A stretch of 64,000 nt of DNA from Octopus vulgaris. Taxonomy: Eukaryota. A program made the position numbers and the translations under genes. The stretch is taken from contig OX597819.1 of assembly GCA_951406725.2 (NCBI GenBank), positions 42,780,001 to 42,844,000 of the forward strand. Direction: 5' to 3'. Numbering within the stretch: position 1 is the first letter of the stretch; the number at the start of each line of letters is the position of its first letter. Below are positions 26,331 to 38,984 of the stretch, piece after piece. Below the pieces are notes generated by a model. It worked only from the letters and a program-made list of their open reading frames with translations, did no database searches and was not told where the DNA came from.

Positions 26331-26574
26331 CTGCAATTATAATCATTAACACATAGAGAGAATAATGATACACAACAGCAAATGTGTCAGTAATATATTT
26401 TATTATAAATGTGTTAGTAATATATTATTAATATTATTAAAACAGAGGCGAATGGAAGTGTTTATTGAATTTTCGGTAAAGCATGAAATAATGCAAAATA
26501 ATATTTAGGCATTTATTGGAGAACGTAAGGGATAGGAATTTAGTGTATTCTAGTGCTAGTAACTGTGATTAAAT

Positions 26575-26755
26575 CCGTGAACTGATGGAATCCTTAACGG
26601 CTTTTCTTTCATCTTCACATTCTGAGTTCAAATTCCACCAAGGTTGGCTTTGCCTTTCATTCTTTCGGGGTCGATAAAATAAGTATCAGTTGACCACTAG
26701 AGTTGGGGTTGATGCAGTCAACTAGTCCCCACCTCCCTTGTGCTAAAAGTTGCTA
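26575..26755 (+). mobile_element. Family B SINE (degenerate)
   Basis: TTCTGAGTTCAAATTCCACCAAGG...GCCTTTCATTCTTTCGGGGTCGATAAAATAAG. Confidence 0.75.
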
Positions 26756-29247
26756 TCAATAATTGTGATCCCTTTAAGCATTTAAACTGACCATATCCAG
26801 CTAAAATAATCTCCCTGTTTTATGTTGAAGCTGGCCGAATCCAGCCTCTCAAACTCATCCTACAACATTATTCTAATAATAAACAATCACATCATTGAAA
26901 TTTCAAAGCTGCAAGGGAATGCATAACTAATTCATATGAATATGAACAAATAAGCATTACATTTGACAGATAAATCTGAAAGCTAATGTGTTAAGGCACA
27001 AGCCAGCAGTCTTTAAGGGAGGGGGCTAGTTGATTATATGGAACCCAGTAATTGACTGGGACTATATTTTATCAATCTCAGAAGGATGAAAAGCAAAGTT
27101 AATCTCAGTAGGACTTTCCTCTGTTATTCCATTGATACTATCCATTCATCAACATAATGAAGGAGCTTTTTTTTTTTTATTTAGAGACCCCAGCCAACTA
27201 TTTTGAAAGGAGGCAAAAATCAGTCAATTAAAGAGATGTTAGTACTTCACTGGTACTTCATTTTATTGAAATTGCAGTGATGTATAGCAAAGTAGGATCT
27301 GAGCTCAAGTATGTAAAGAGCTGGAAGAAAAAAACTAGGAGTACAACATCAATTTTCTAGAACCTTTGGTTCCAAAGCCATTCCGATTTTTCCATATCAG
27401 GAACGATCACATGCTAAATTAAACAAACATTCACTTAAATAACTAAATGAAAGACAGGTACCTGTACATTGGTGTAAATAATACAAGCTTACTAATAACA
27501 GTACTATGTAAAGTGCTAGTTAACTAGTCTAGTAGCCATGGGAATTTGAAGTTCCTTCTTGTAAATTATAAGAGGTTCTGGACCATCAGTGACTAGAAAG
27601 TTAGCGGTGTACCTGTACAAGGCATTTAGCCTAATAACTCTGGCTATTCTACTAGCTCATTGTCCAGTGATAATAATGCTTCTAACATAGCCACAAAGGC
27701 TGAAACCGATAGAATAAGTACTAGGTTTACAAAGAAGAAGGATGATGATGAGGAGGAGGAAGAGGAGGAGGAGGAGAAGAAGATGTCAGTTGTTAAAGAT
27801 AATATTTAAAAAAATGAAGAACTTGAAGTGAAGTGGGGGAGGTGGTCATGAAGACAAATATTTCTCCAACAAAATATTAAAATCTTTTTTTTTTTGGTTT
27901 AACATTGAAATTTTAATGAAGAATTTTTTTTTTCACAACAAACGGAAAGCAAAACCTCTCAGCTTTGAGCCACATCCTCCCATATCTATTGCATTGTCAT
28001 ATATTTTGGTTATGTGGTGGACTGTCAGAGGAAGGGAAGAATATTAGCAGAATGCAGAGACAAACACTGCAGATTTTACAGTTTTAACTGTCATCACACT
28101 TCTCTCTGCTATGATGTCTGATGACAAAACAAATGAGTCATGGCCAGTTCGGTGCCACTTTCCCACAAGTATTCCATCATATCAAGCTCACTAACACTGC
28201 CTTAGCCAACAAAAGACTCTTCACAGCCAATATACTCCAGCATTCATTTATTTGTTTATTTATTTTACTCAATATTCTTTCTGAAGGTTGGAGAAAGGGG
28301 AAGGGAGGATTATAGAAAAGAGAAACAAAGGAAGAAAGAGAGAGAGAGAGAGAGAGAATAAAATGGAAGGAAGAGCAGAGTGGTTGGTATTACTTAAATA
28401 AAATGGTGATAGTGATGATGGTGATGGTAGGGGAGCTGATAAATCAAATAAGACAATCCTTCCTCCCCTCCTCTCTCTCACTATCTATCTATCTATCCAT
28501 ATCTCTTACCCACCCCATTAACCATACATATCTGGTTACAGATAAATATAGTGTCCCAACACCCTTACAAAAAAAAAAGAAAAAAACGAAAAAAAAAAGA
28601 AGAAAAGGACAAATATAAAAAAAAGAACAAACTTCTATCAGATGTTGGAAGTGTCATATAAAACATAATTTATGTTTATAACTGCAGCAAGGAAATAACA
28701 ACGCTGGGAAGAAACTTATTGATAAGAAGGTTTCAATCAAAATCTAGCCAGATCTTCAATATTGACTTATCTGCTTTCTGGCTGTTTGGTTGCCAACACT
28801 GTACAATGAACGGGGTGGAAGTGTGGGTGCATGGGGGCGGAAGAAGAGAGAGGAAGGGAAGGGGGGAAAGAGGGACTCCTTGAAAAATCTTTTCTTACAA
28901 TGCAAGTATTATTATATGGTAAGGTACCGAACCCTTAACTATGTATGAAATGATCAAAAGATGAGAGGGGGAAAAAAAAATTAACAAGCCCCCCCCTGCT
29001 CTCCATCACCACAACCATCACCGTTAATGTCTGATATGAAATAATAACAACTTATCTTTCCGAAATGAAGAGAGAGAGAGAAAGAGGAAAAATGGTATTA
29101 ATATACAATATTCTAGCACATTTTGACTAGTATCAGGGTTTAGTTTCAAAAGAACCATGGTAAATATTCTAATTTATAAAAAGACGAATAAATTTCTCTT
29201 CTCAGTGAATACAAAATGAACGAATGAATGAATGAATGAATGAATGA

Positions 29248-29285
<38 letters not shown>

Positions 29286-29905
29286 AATGGTAAATGCTAA
29301 GAGAATTAGATGGAAAAGACAAAAAGAAAAACCAAGAAAAAGAAAAAAAAGTTTAGGTGTTCATAAAGCATTTTGACATCCATGATAAGAGAGTGGCTAT
29401 AATGACCCAAGGAGGTATTAAGATTACAAGTGACATCTTTGTCCTAACCAGGAAGAGATAAACAAGCTACCCCATGTTGAGTGAATGCTGCTCTCCCTTC
29501 CAACACACATTAGATTAATGGCTGGTGAATTTTAGATTGTAAGTGCAAGATAAAGCTAGACTGGATAGGTTGCAAGAATTGGAACAGCAGATCCAACCCC
29601 ACCTCACTCTGTCTCTTTCTCTCTCCCTCTCTCTTTAGTAAGAAAACTGCAAGAGAAAGAGTGAGGGGGGGGGGTAGTTTCTGAAAACAAACAGTTCCAC
29701 TCTGCGTAGTAGAGATGTGATACAGCAAGCAATGAACAGACCAGATGTGGTTGAATGACTTGTGAGACTGGTGCTAGGAGTAAGTAAGACCCAGCCAGGG
29801 CAAGCAATGAATTCAATGAAGAAATAGTTCAAGTTGGTGTCCACCAGGGCTATCTGCAACTATTTTGTCACCCCGACCCCCAAAATAATCACATATGGTT
29901 GCACA

Positions 29906-30115
29906 TACTCTTTTACTTGTTTCAGTCATTTGACTGTGGCCATGCTGGAGCAATGCCTTTAGTCGAAGAAATCGACACCCCAGGACTTATTCTTTGTAAG
30001 CCTAGTACTTATTCTATCGGCCTCTTTTGCCGAACCGCTAAGTTACGAGAACATAAACACACCAGCATTGGTTGTCAAGTGATGTTGGGGGGGACAAACA
30101 CAGACACACAAACAT
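29906..30115 (-). mobile_element. Family A SINE 3' half
   Basis: Matches the 3' half of family A only. Confidence 0.8.
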
Positions 30116-30154
30116 GTTTATATATTTATTTGCAAACTGATGATCTGGTTCATA

Positions 30155-30386
30155 TTAACCTTTAGCATTTAAACTGGCCATATCTAGCCCAAATATACTA
30201 CCTTTTTTTATGCTGTAACCAGCCAGATCCAGTCAATCACACCTATCCTTCAATGCCATTATAAAATATAGAATCACATCACGAAAAATTTTGAAGCTAT
30301 AAAATAGCTTAATTAATAAATAAAAAACCCAATTTGAATGGAAAAGTATTACATTTAACAGAATAATCTGAATGCTAAAGGGTTAT
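30155..30386. mobile_element. piggyBac-type MITE, family P1
   Basis: TTAACCTTTAGCATT ... AATGCTAAAGGGTTA. Paralogues at about 1392-1617, 20397-20620, 26768-26994 and 61215-61434, plus a split copy at 38880-39710. Confidence 0.8.
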
Positions 30387-31624
30387 AGAATCTGTTAAAG
30401 AACACTGGGAAACGTTTCAAGTTATACAGTAATAACCAAGAATGACAAAAATATAAAAATAACCCTTCAAAGTTAACGTGGTGATTACTTAAGTATAATG
30501 AAGAATACAAAAGCCATGTAGCTCCTAGGGAATGACCTTAATATAAAGGGAACTGTATAAACTTAATATTGTATAATCAACAAAAAATATTGAGGGTGAG
30601 GGGAAAGAGCCACCCACCAGTCAGGCTGACCATGTGTCTGCACAAGTATGTGCAAGTTTGGGCAAGATTTTATGAGGAAGACTGGAAGTTACCTATACAT
30701 GCAAGTCTCCTGTCTCGCCAATTGATTGACACTTATTTATTCCAAGAAAAAGACTTGCCAACATGGGCTGATACACTTTAGCTACAGCGTCACTGCAGGA
30801 GTTGCTGTCAGAACACAAAAACAACTGGCTGGAAGAGCTACTATGAGGAATCTTACCCAACCCTCTAATCCATCACCATATAATTGGTAAATTTTTTTTT
30901 TATAGACCACAAAAAGGATGTAAAACAAGTTGACCTTGGAGTGATCTGAACTCAGAACACAGACAAAGCAGTTCTATTCAACACTCTTAATGACCCAGCC
31001 TGTTCACAGCTGAGTGATTATCCCAATTCACTAGATCTACAAGATAGATAAATATGCAGTTAGATTTGCAGTTGTTGTAGTTGTCTGTCAGCAGGGAGTG
31101 GATTAGATTTGAAAGCCATGGAGTGTTTAGATGACTTGCTGGATAAAGTAGCTAAGTATTGCCTCCATATATAATATAATTAGTGGTAAGTTCCAATGAA
31201 AGCATGATGTGTGTGCTAATGAGGTGAAAGAAGTTCACAGAATTGTTGTCTTTGTAGTCAATGATTTTTTTTGGTGTTGTTTTCTTTTTTTCTTATGTAC
31301 AAAAAAATTAAATTACATTCTTCATACCTTCATGATGATGATGATGAAGGTGTGAAGAATGTGTGATGTTGCACAACAAAACAGACAATGATTGCAACTA
31401 AGACAACAGCAGAAGTGTAGAGAAATGAACTGAGTATGATCCACTGGGAAATTGAAATTAAACATCATTTTACAAGGGGATTGAAAGAGAAAGAATTAGA
31501 CAGACAGACAGACATTAGTCTTTAGTAGTATTAGTTCCTATGTGTAGGAGAGATAACTATGTACTGGTTTGGGCATTTACTGTGAACAGAGGTCACTTGC
31601 TATCTGAAATATAAGTGCCAAGTA

Positions 31625-31845
31625 GTTGCTGTTTAATCCAAGGTCAGCCCCCACTTGGGAAGACCTGTGACCGAAGGAAGCACTGCAGATGTGATCATTC
31701 ATTCCTTTCCTACATCTAGGACTTCATTGTCTTATGTGAACATCCCTTTTGGCATTTTTGCCCAGGCAATAGGGTGTGATTTGAGAAATTTGGATGTTAT
31801 TTCTAGCTGAGAGAGTGACTATCTAAATACTCTTCTCATTGGTTA
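31625..31845. repeat. Old dispersed repeat family D
   Basis: TGTTTAATCC..GGTCAGCC...GTGATTTGAG....TTTGG.TG.TATTTCTAGC recurs at about 2095/3310, 6640, 10850/11240, 13820, 14270/14840, 16720/17290, 22360, 37820 and 63540 (reverse). It often hosts younger insertions. Confidence 0.6.
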
Positions 31846-31969
31846 CCATTCTTGAAGGGTAGATACTTATGACAGAAACAGACTGAAGAATGTTTGGGAG
31901 AATAATAGCGAGGTCAGTTCTGAAATTACTGTCAAGATGCATAGAAATATGCCAGTACAGTAACTAGGT

Positions 31970-32566
31970 CAGTGTTTCTCAATCATTTTTTTATTTATGG
32001 GCCCCTTTGATTTCTCTTCTACTCGGATGGATCCTATAAGCCATTCAATGTTTAAAAAAATCATATATTTTTATAATTAAACTAGCACTATGACCCGGCA
32101 ACACCGGGTTATAGTGCTAGTGCATGCATGCGCACATACACGCGAGTACTGTCCAAATCTCCGACCAATTACATACAACTAGCTGGCATTCAATTGGCGT
32201 ATCAAGTTTTGGGCATTTTGATGGGTTTGGTTTAGAAAATTCACAAAAAAGTCGCTTCTATTGATTTTTTAATGACTTTGCGGGGTGACTGGGGAAATGT
32301 AAAGATGTGCACGACCACCCTTGGACGGTTTTGAATGACCATAGAAAGTGCGAGCCCTCTAAATGAAAAATTGTGGATTTGTATAAAGGATACGCACACA
32401 GACATTTTGCCATTTATATATAGAAAGATATCATTAGGAACTGTATAAAAAGATTGTTAAAATATTTTGTGACTTGTAGAAGTACAACAAATTTACTGCA
32501 GGTAAATCTTAACAAAATCTCATATGGACTCTGAAGAGCTATATAGAACCTGGTTATGAACCACTG
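31970..32566. mobile_element. hAT-type MITE hosting a Helitron
   Basis: CAGTGTTTCTCAA...TGAACCACTG termini, with flanks AACTAGGT/AAGTAGAT (6/8 match). The body aligns to 20632-20871 except for the 347-bp insert. Confidence 0.78.
32082..32428 (-). mobile_element. Non-autonomous Helitron, 347 bp
   Basis: The minus strand reads A|TCTTTCTATATATAAATGG...ACCCGGTGTTGCCGGGT CATAGTG CTAG|T: 5' TC, 3' hairpin plus CTAG, inserted between A and T with no TSD. Confidence 0.85.
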
Positions 32567-33429
32567 AAGTAGATGGAGGATACAGGTAGGGTTGTGTGGA
32601 TAGCCATGTAGTTTTAAGTTCAAACCCACTGCTTGGCACCTTGAGCAAGTATCTTTTAACATAACCTTGGGCTGACTATTGCCTCATGAATGAAATTAGA
32701 TGGAAACTGCATGGTAACCTAGCGCGTATGCACGCGTGTGTGTGAAGAGTGTACCCCCTCAGGATGCAAGGTGAATTAGAGAAAGACAGAACAATGAATG
32801 AATTAATTAATTTGTAAAATGGCGAATACCGTAATCTATGAAATTAGAGTACAGATGAGTGAATTTTTGCCTCCACTACTCAAGAGCTGGGAGAAGAGAT
32901 GCAGAAAAGGAACAAAATGAAACAGAGCTGTTCAAGAACGGAAGAAGAAAAAAAAAAAAAAACAGTTAAGGGATGGGGTGTTTCCTTTTTTTTTTTTTTT
33001 TGAAAAAAAAAAAAAAAAACCTCGCCCATTTTTGGCACATACACAAGAAACCATGTATTGTCATGTAAAAGTTAGCAAGTGCCGCAGGATTCATTTAATT
33101 TTGTCTAAAGTGAATGAAAGAACATTCAATACATAAATTCATTTTAGAATATGTAATAGACTTTATTTTGTTTTATTTTATTTATTTTTTGAAGACAGGC
33201 TGAAGAAAGCAGCATTACAGTTATTTCTAAGAAGCATCTCAGTTCCGTTCGCTTACTATTATTCACAGGAACAACGGGGAACCCCCACACATAAACACAC
33301 ACGCACAAATTTACAAGTACCTCTTTAGAAAACCCAAGTTATGCCTTAAAAGGTGGCAGTTTACAATAAAGAGATGTTTTATACATATTTTAGTAGATGC
33401 AGAAAGAGAGTAAGAATACATGGAGGCAC

Positions 33430-33471
<42 letters not shown>

Positions 33472-33738
33472 AAGTAAGAATGGATAAACCTCTAGTTGTT
33501 AGCGTCCTTAGGACATTAGAAATCATGTAATGTAAAACTATTCCTACAGGTAAAATTCTTTACAAAAACAGTTACCAGAAAAAGAAATTTGAAACAGCAA
33601 AGAGTGAGCAATATAGATATCATGTGTATGTATGTGTGTGTGTGTGTGTATGTTTACATATATGCATATGTAATATGTATATACATTATATACCATGCAT
33701 GTTTATAATATAGATAAACATAATATACATATTATATA

Positions 33739-33801
<63 letters not shown>

Positions 33802-34005
33802 TTGTGTGTGTGTGTGTGTGTGTGCAGAGGTGGGGGGCAGAGAAAGAGAGACAGACAGACAGAGAGTAATACAATTGATAAATTCATTTGTAGAAAGTGG
33901 AATTCATCTTTGGAAGTGGACTGCAACAAATTGTATATTGTTTTTAAAAAATGTCTATTCTTGTTTCAGCCTTATAACAACAATGAAACAATGGTAACAG
34001 TTTCT

Positions 34006-34071
<66 letters not shown>

Positions 34072-34498
34072 GACACACACACATATGAGAGAGACCACAT
34101 AAATGAATTTAACCATTTTTGACAGTGTTCATCATCATCATCATCATTGTTTGATGATGATGAGTGTTCAATACTTAAAATAAATTGTAAATTTAGGAGG
34201 ATTTAGGGAAAATAACTGTGTTGTTAATTTGTGTTTTAAGAACAGTAGATCTGTTGAAACAGTACAATGAGTGAAAAAATATCTTGTATCTGAAACTTGA
34301 GTGAGTATTTAGTTACATCACTTTATGTCTCAGGTTCAAATCTTGCCAAGATTCACCTTGCCGTTGATGCTTCCGAGATCAATAAAAATAGACTCAGTCA
34401 CAGACACAAGCATAGATGAGTTCACTTTGCAGCAAATAAGTGTCAGGTTTGATTTTATTGAGCAGCACCATCTTTGATCTTCTATAATAGCCTTGAGT

Positions 34499-34683
34499 AA
34501 GGCAGTGAGCTGGCAGAATCATTAGCACGCTGGACGAAATGCTTAGCAGTATTTTGCCAGTCACTACATTCTGAGTTCAAATTCCACCAAGGTCGACTTT
34601 GCCTTTCATCCTCTCGGGGTCGATGTAATTGACTATCCCCCTCCCCCAAATTTCAGGACTTGTGCCTATAACAGAAAGGATTA
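34499..34683 (+). mobile_element. Family B SINE
   Basis: Family B body with an imperfect flanking duplication ATAGCC(T/C)TG(A/G)GT. Confidence 0.85.
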
Positions 34684-35114
34684 TAGCCCTGGGTTGCCCA
34701 ATGCTTTATTAGTGGAATGTGGTAGCCACCATGCATGCATGTGTATGTGTGTGTGGCCAATTGGTCAAATTGTTGGAATCACAGTCATGAGGTCATAGTT
34801 TCAATTCCAGGACTAGGTGGCACATATTATTCTTGGGCAAGGCACATCACTTCACATTATTCCAGTCTACTCAGCTGAAAATAAGTGCCAACTTAGTGCT
34901 GGTGTGGCCCTTTGTCTCTCCAGCTGGTATATCCTTAATGTTTGAGTAGTACAAGAGCAGGAAGACTAAGAGGGCGTCTCTGTCTGTTCACAAATACACA
35001 GGCACTTGAAACAATTAGCAAAAGTGTGGTACACTACCAGACCATACACAAGGGTGCTGGTTAAGGAAGTTATATGTATATATATATATGTACACAAACA
35101 CAAACACACACATA

Positions 35115-35648
35115 GGTGTGTGGCTTAGTAGTTAGGGGGTATTTGATGCATGATTGTAATGTCATGAGTTCAATTCCCAGTGACATGTCCTTCAGAAGAC
35201 ATTTCATTTCATGTTGCCACAGTCCACTCAGCTGGCAAAAATGAGTAGTACCTGTATTTCATGAGGACCGGCCATGTCACATTTTGTTTCATGCTGAATC
35301 TTCCCGAGAACTACATTAACCCTTTCATTACTGTATTCATTTTGAGATGCTCTGTGTTTCTTTCAATTATTTTAAATATAACAAAGAATTTAGTAAAGTA
35401 ACTTGGTTATCATTAAGTTAGTGTTAGGAACATAAATTGTGACTAAGGTCTGGTGGAGGATTTTAATTCAAAACTTACAAAAACAAGACATTTGTACTAC
35501 AGACCCGGTTTCAGCTGGGTTGGTAACGAAAGGGTTAAGGTCACGTGTGTCTGTGGAGTGCTCAGCCACTTGCACATTACTTTCGTGAGCAAGCGGTTCT
35601 GTTGATCAGATCAACTGGAACCCTCGTCATTGTAACCGATAGAGTGCC
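35115..35648 (+). mobile_element. tRNA-headed SINE, family C, interrupted by a TTAA MITE
   Basis: CAGTCCACTCAGCTGGCAAAAATGAG...CTGAATC...GAGAACTAC matches the reverse complement of 6125-6365. Related heads occur at about 12349 and 34755. Confidence 0.7.
35316..35538. mobile_element. piggyBac-type MITE, family P2 (coordinates include the TTAA TSDs)
   Basis: TTAA-CCCTTTCATTAC ... GTAACGAAAGGG-TTAA. Paralogues at 48060-48287 and 22669-22861 are in opposite orientation; fragments occur near 61.1 and 62.2 kb. Confidence 0.88.
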
Positions 35649-36076
35649 TGTTACATATGTGTGTGTGTGTTGTGGTATTTATTCTGACAGAGTTGCACAG
35701 ACAATCCCTAGTTACTCTGGCCTTCAGAGATGCAGTGAACCTCCCGTTGGCCCACTGTAAACGCCCTGTAGCCAATGATGCTCTTGTTCACCAGTTGCAA
35801 TGAAATAACTAGAGGGGTTTCATAAAATCACTCTCAAAATGTATGCACATGATCTTGCACGTGCACTTATACTTATTAATTAGTGTTTGGAACAGAACTT
35901 AAAACATTCAGGAAGCAGGCGGGTGGTTTACACAAAATTATCATGGAGGGCCTTTTTGCTGTGCAAATACAAACACTCTAAAAACTAGAGTAACTGGGAA
36001 TTTTTTTAGCTTAATAATAACATCGATTGGTTGCCAGGTCAATAGATGCTTAGCAGCTATGCATATGGGGGATCTT

Positions 36077-37030
36077 TACTCTTTTTTACTCTTTACTCTT
36101 TTACTTGTTTCAGTCATTTGACCGTGGCCATGCTGGAGCACCACCTTTAGTCGAGCAAATCGACCCCGGGACTTATTCTTTGTAAGTCCAGTACTTATTC
36201 TATCGGTCTCTTTTTGTTGAACCGCTAAGTGACGGGGACGTAAACACACCAGCATCGGTTGTCAAGCAATGCTAGGGGGACAAACACAGACGCACAAACA
36301 CACACATACATATATATATATATATACATATATATGACAGGCTTCTTTCAGTTTCCGTCTACCAAATCCACTCACAAGGCATTGGTCGGCCCGGGGCTAT
36401 AGCAAAAGACACTTGCCTAAGATGCCACGCAGTGGGACTGAAGCCTGAACCATGTGATTGGTTAGCAAGCTACTTACCACACAGCCACTCCTGCGTGGTG
36501 ATTCTGGCTATTGATGTCACAGAGATTCCTCATCCAAGCATTGTGATTGTAAGTATTGCTAACAGTCAGCTGATGTTTTTGTTGAAACTGCATATGCACT
36601 GTTATCTTTTATCTTTTGCTTGTTTCAGTCATTTGACTGCAGCCATGCTGGGGCACTGCCTTGAAGGGTTCTAGTCAAACAAACTGAACCTAAGACTTTT
36701 TTTTAAAGCCTGGTACTTATTCTTTCGCTCTCTTTTGCCGAGCTGCAAAGTTACAGGGATGTAAACACACCAACATCAGTTGTCATGCAGTAGTGGGTGG
36801 GCGGGTGGGGGGAAACAAACACAGATACGCACACACACACACACATAGATGGATACATATGAATATATTATGATGGGATTTTCCCCCAGTTACCATTGAC
36901 CAAATCCACTCACAAGGGTTTGGTCGGCCAGAAGCATTAGTTGAAGACACTTGTCCCAGGTGTCGCAAAGCGAGACTGAACCCAGAACCATGTGACTGGG
37001 AAGTGAGCTTCTTACCACACAGCTATGCCT
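36077..37030 (-). mobile_element. Two tandem family A SINEs (36077-36495 young; 36605-37030 older)
   Basis: Both are colinear with the family A consensus. Confidence 0.85.
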
Positions 37031-37550
37031 ATCCATTGCTTGCCAATCCTTTACTGACCAGCTCTGTACAAACACAGAATGTTGCCTCACTGACCTCTTG
37101 AATACTAAACAGAATCATGGTAGATAACATTGTAGGGACGGGTAAAATCCAAGCAAGCTCAACTGGATGATGATGATGAATAAACACAAGGTTTTTTTTT
37201 TTCAAGAGAACAAAAGGCAGCAGTGATTTCAAGTTTCATACTCTTTGCTATCAAATGGGTTAAAGAGCAGTTTATAATAAAATCAAAACATTTATAATAG
37301 CTAATAAAACAATGTTAAGTGAAGAGATTTATTTACTTAGCAGTTTGAAAGCAGATAATTGAAGATTTTTTTCTTTAATAAACTGACATCAAATTAGACT
37401 GCTGTGAAACAGGAATTAGACAAACATAGAAACGACAGCAACGACAACAACAACAACAACAACAACATATAATGTGAAACTGAAGCCGAGTTGGCTTACT
37501 TTCTCGTTTGGTGTTTTATTGATTTATTTCATATGAAAACTGAAACTTAC

Positions 37551-37641
37551 CATTGCACTTGAGGGAAATCTGGGCCATAAATAGGGTGCGGAAACTGACC
37601 AGGGGGAGCTGGGTAACCATACATGGGAGGTCGTGGCAACC
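37551..37641 (-). CDS. TCF: TCF/LEF internal coding exon, 91 nt, phase 1 to 2
   Basis: Acceptor TTTTAATTTCAG|GG and donor CAATG|GTAAGT. Encodes (G)LPRPPMYGYPAPPGQFPHPIYGPDFPQVQ(W), which continues DPKTG|xPRPP as in TCF7L2/LEF1. Phases match both neighbouring exons. Not annotated in the ORF track in this frame. Confidence 0.92.
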
Positions 37642-37703
37642 CTGAAATTAAAATGGAAACAAATCATTTGGAGGTGGTCATGTTTATGTAAAACTTCACT
37701 TAC

Positions 37704-37734
37704 CATTGGATAGTTCTGGAAATTTGGATATTAG
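37704..37734 (-). other. Candidate alternative TCF micro-exon (12-nt form 37715-37704 or 31-nt form 37734-37704)
   Basis: Consensus donor CAATG|GTAAGTG. Two acceptors: TTTCATTATTCCAG| and AAATTTCCAG|. Both forms give open in-frame products (see findings). No transcript evidence is available. Confidence 0.45.
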
Positions 37735-38984
37735 CTGGAATAATGAAACCAAATGTTATTGACAATATTTTAAAAAATTCTTTCTTACTTTGTCAATATT
37801 CTTATTCTGTGCATTATTCAGCTGATTTTGATTGTGAAGATTTATTATCAAAGGTATCCCTGCTATAACCAACCCATCTGTTTTCTTTTTTTCCCCTCCT
37901 GGCCTTGTAAACCCTGAATTACACAATGTATGCGCTCCTCTCTTCCGCAAAATAGTATGATGAGATGTGGCTGCTATTTCTAGTAAGATGGGTGACCATG
38001 TAAAATAACTATGATGATCATAACTAGACAGGTGGAGATCAGTGGTGTACCTTATATAAGGACACAATTTGACATAAGGTAAGCAGCTTAACTATTCACC
38101 TCTCTCAAAAATACACTAGACTTCATTAAAAAAAGGAAACAAAACCGGTTCAGTGACTTACTGCACTGAGTTCAAATCCAGCAAGAATTGAATAAGTGTC
38201 AATAGGAAAATTTGTTTCATTTAGTTGGTAATATAATAACTCTATTTACAAGCTATTGTTGTACATAGTTTTGAATATTTTTTTATGTACAGAATACTGA
38301 ATAACAAAGGAACAAAATTCTATGCTGCGTGGAATTTGTCAGTGAGCAGGTCGTGGTCTCAAAGTGCCGAAAATATTTTGACAAATTAAATTTAAATGTT
38401 GAAGTGAATCTAACAGATTTTGTGTGTTTCTTAAATGCCTTATAAACACCTTTCACAGCATTGTAATTATTAAGCTGATATTTGTAACATGAAATTTTGA
38501 CCAAAGGTTTTAATTCACTAAACAAAAAAAAAGGGGGGGCGGGTTATATCATAGAATCAAGGGTGCTTTCAGACTATTTGGTATCTAAAGGGTTAAAACA
38601 GAAAGATTTGTATCACAGAAGTAGGAATCAGTCTCAGGCAGGTTGGTATAAAATGGGTTAAAGACAACATGCCCATAACAAAGACAAGACAATCCCAACA
38701 AAAAACCTTGATAACACATTTCATTTAATCAGCTTTTGGCATCATATTTGTTTGAACAAAGTCAAGTGAGAGATCTGACTAAAAACAGCAACCCCCAACA
38801 GGTTGAGTCATTGGTATTCATGACATTCAAATACAGAATGTCAACATATCCAGCAACAGGATGTGCAAATTGGACAGTAATCCTTAAGTATTCAGATTAC
38901 TTTGTCTAATGTAATGCTTATTTATTCACATTGTTTTGAATTAATCATGTATCATCTCATAGCTTCAAGATTTTGATGATGATG

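Noticed and set aside
26139-26336. ORF-track protein MQAKTSRLSY...
   Set aside because: Wrong frame of the real TCF exon. The same applies to ORF 37524-37706. ORF 48228-48629 is correct only within 48323-48443.
32986-33019. Poly-T/poly-A hairpin resembling a terminator
   Set aside because: Simple homopolymer juxtaposition; intrinsic terminators do not apply here.
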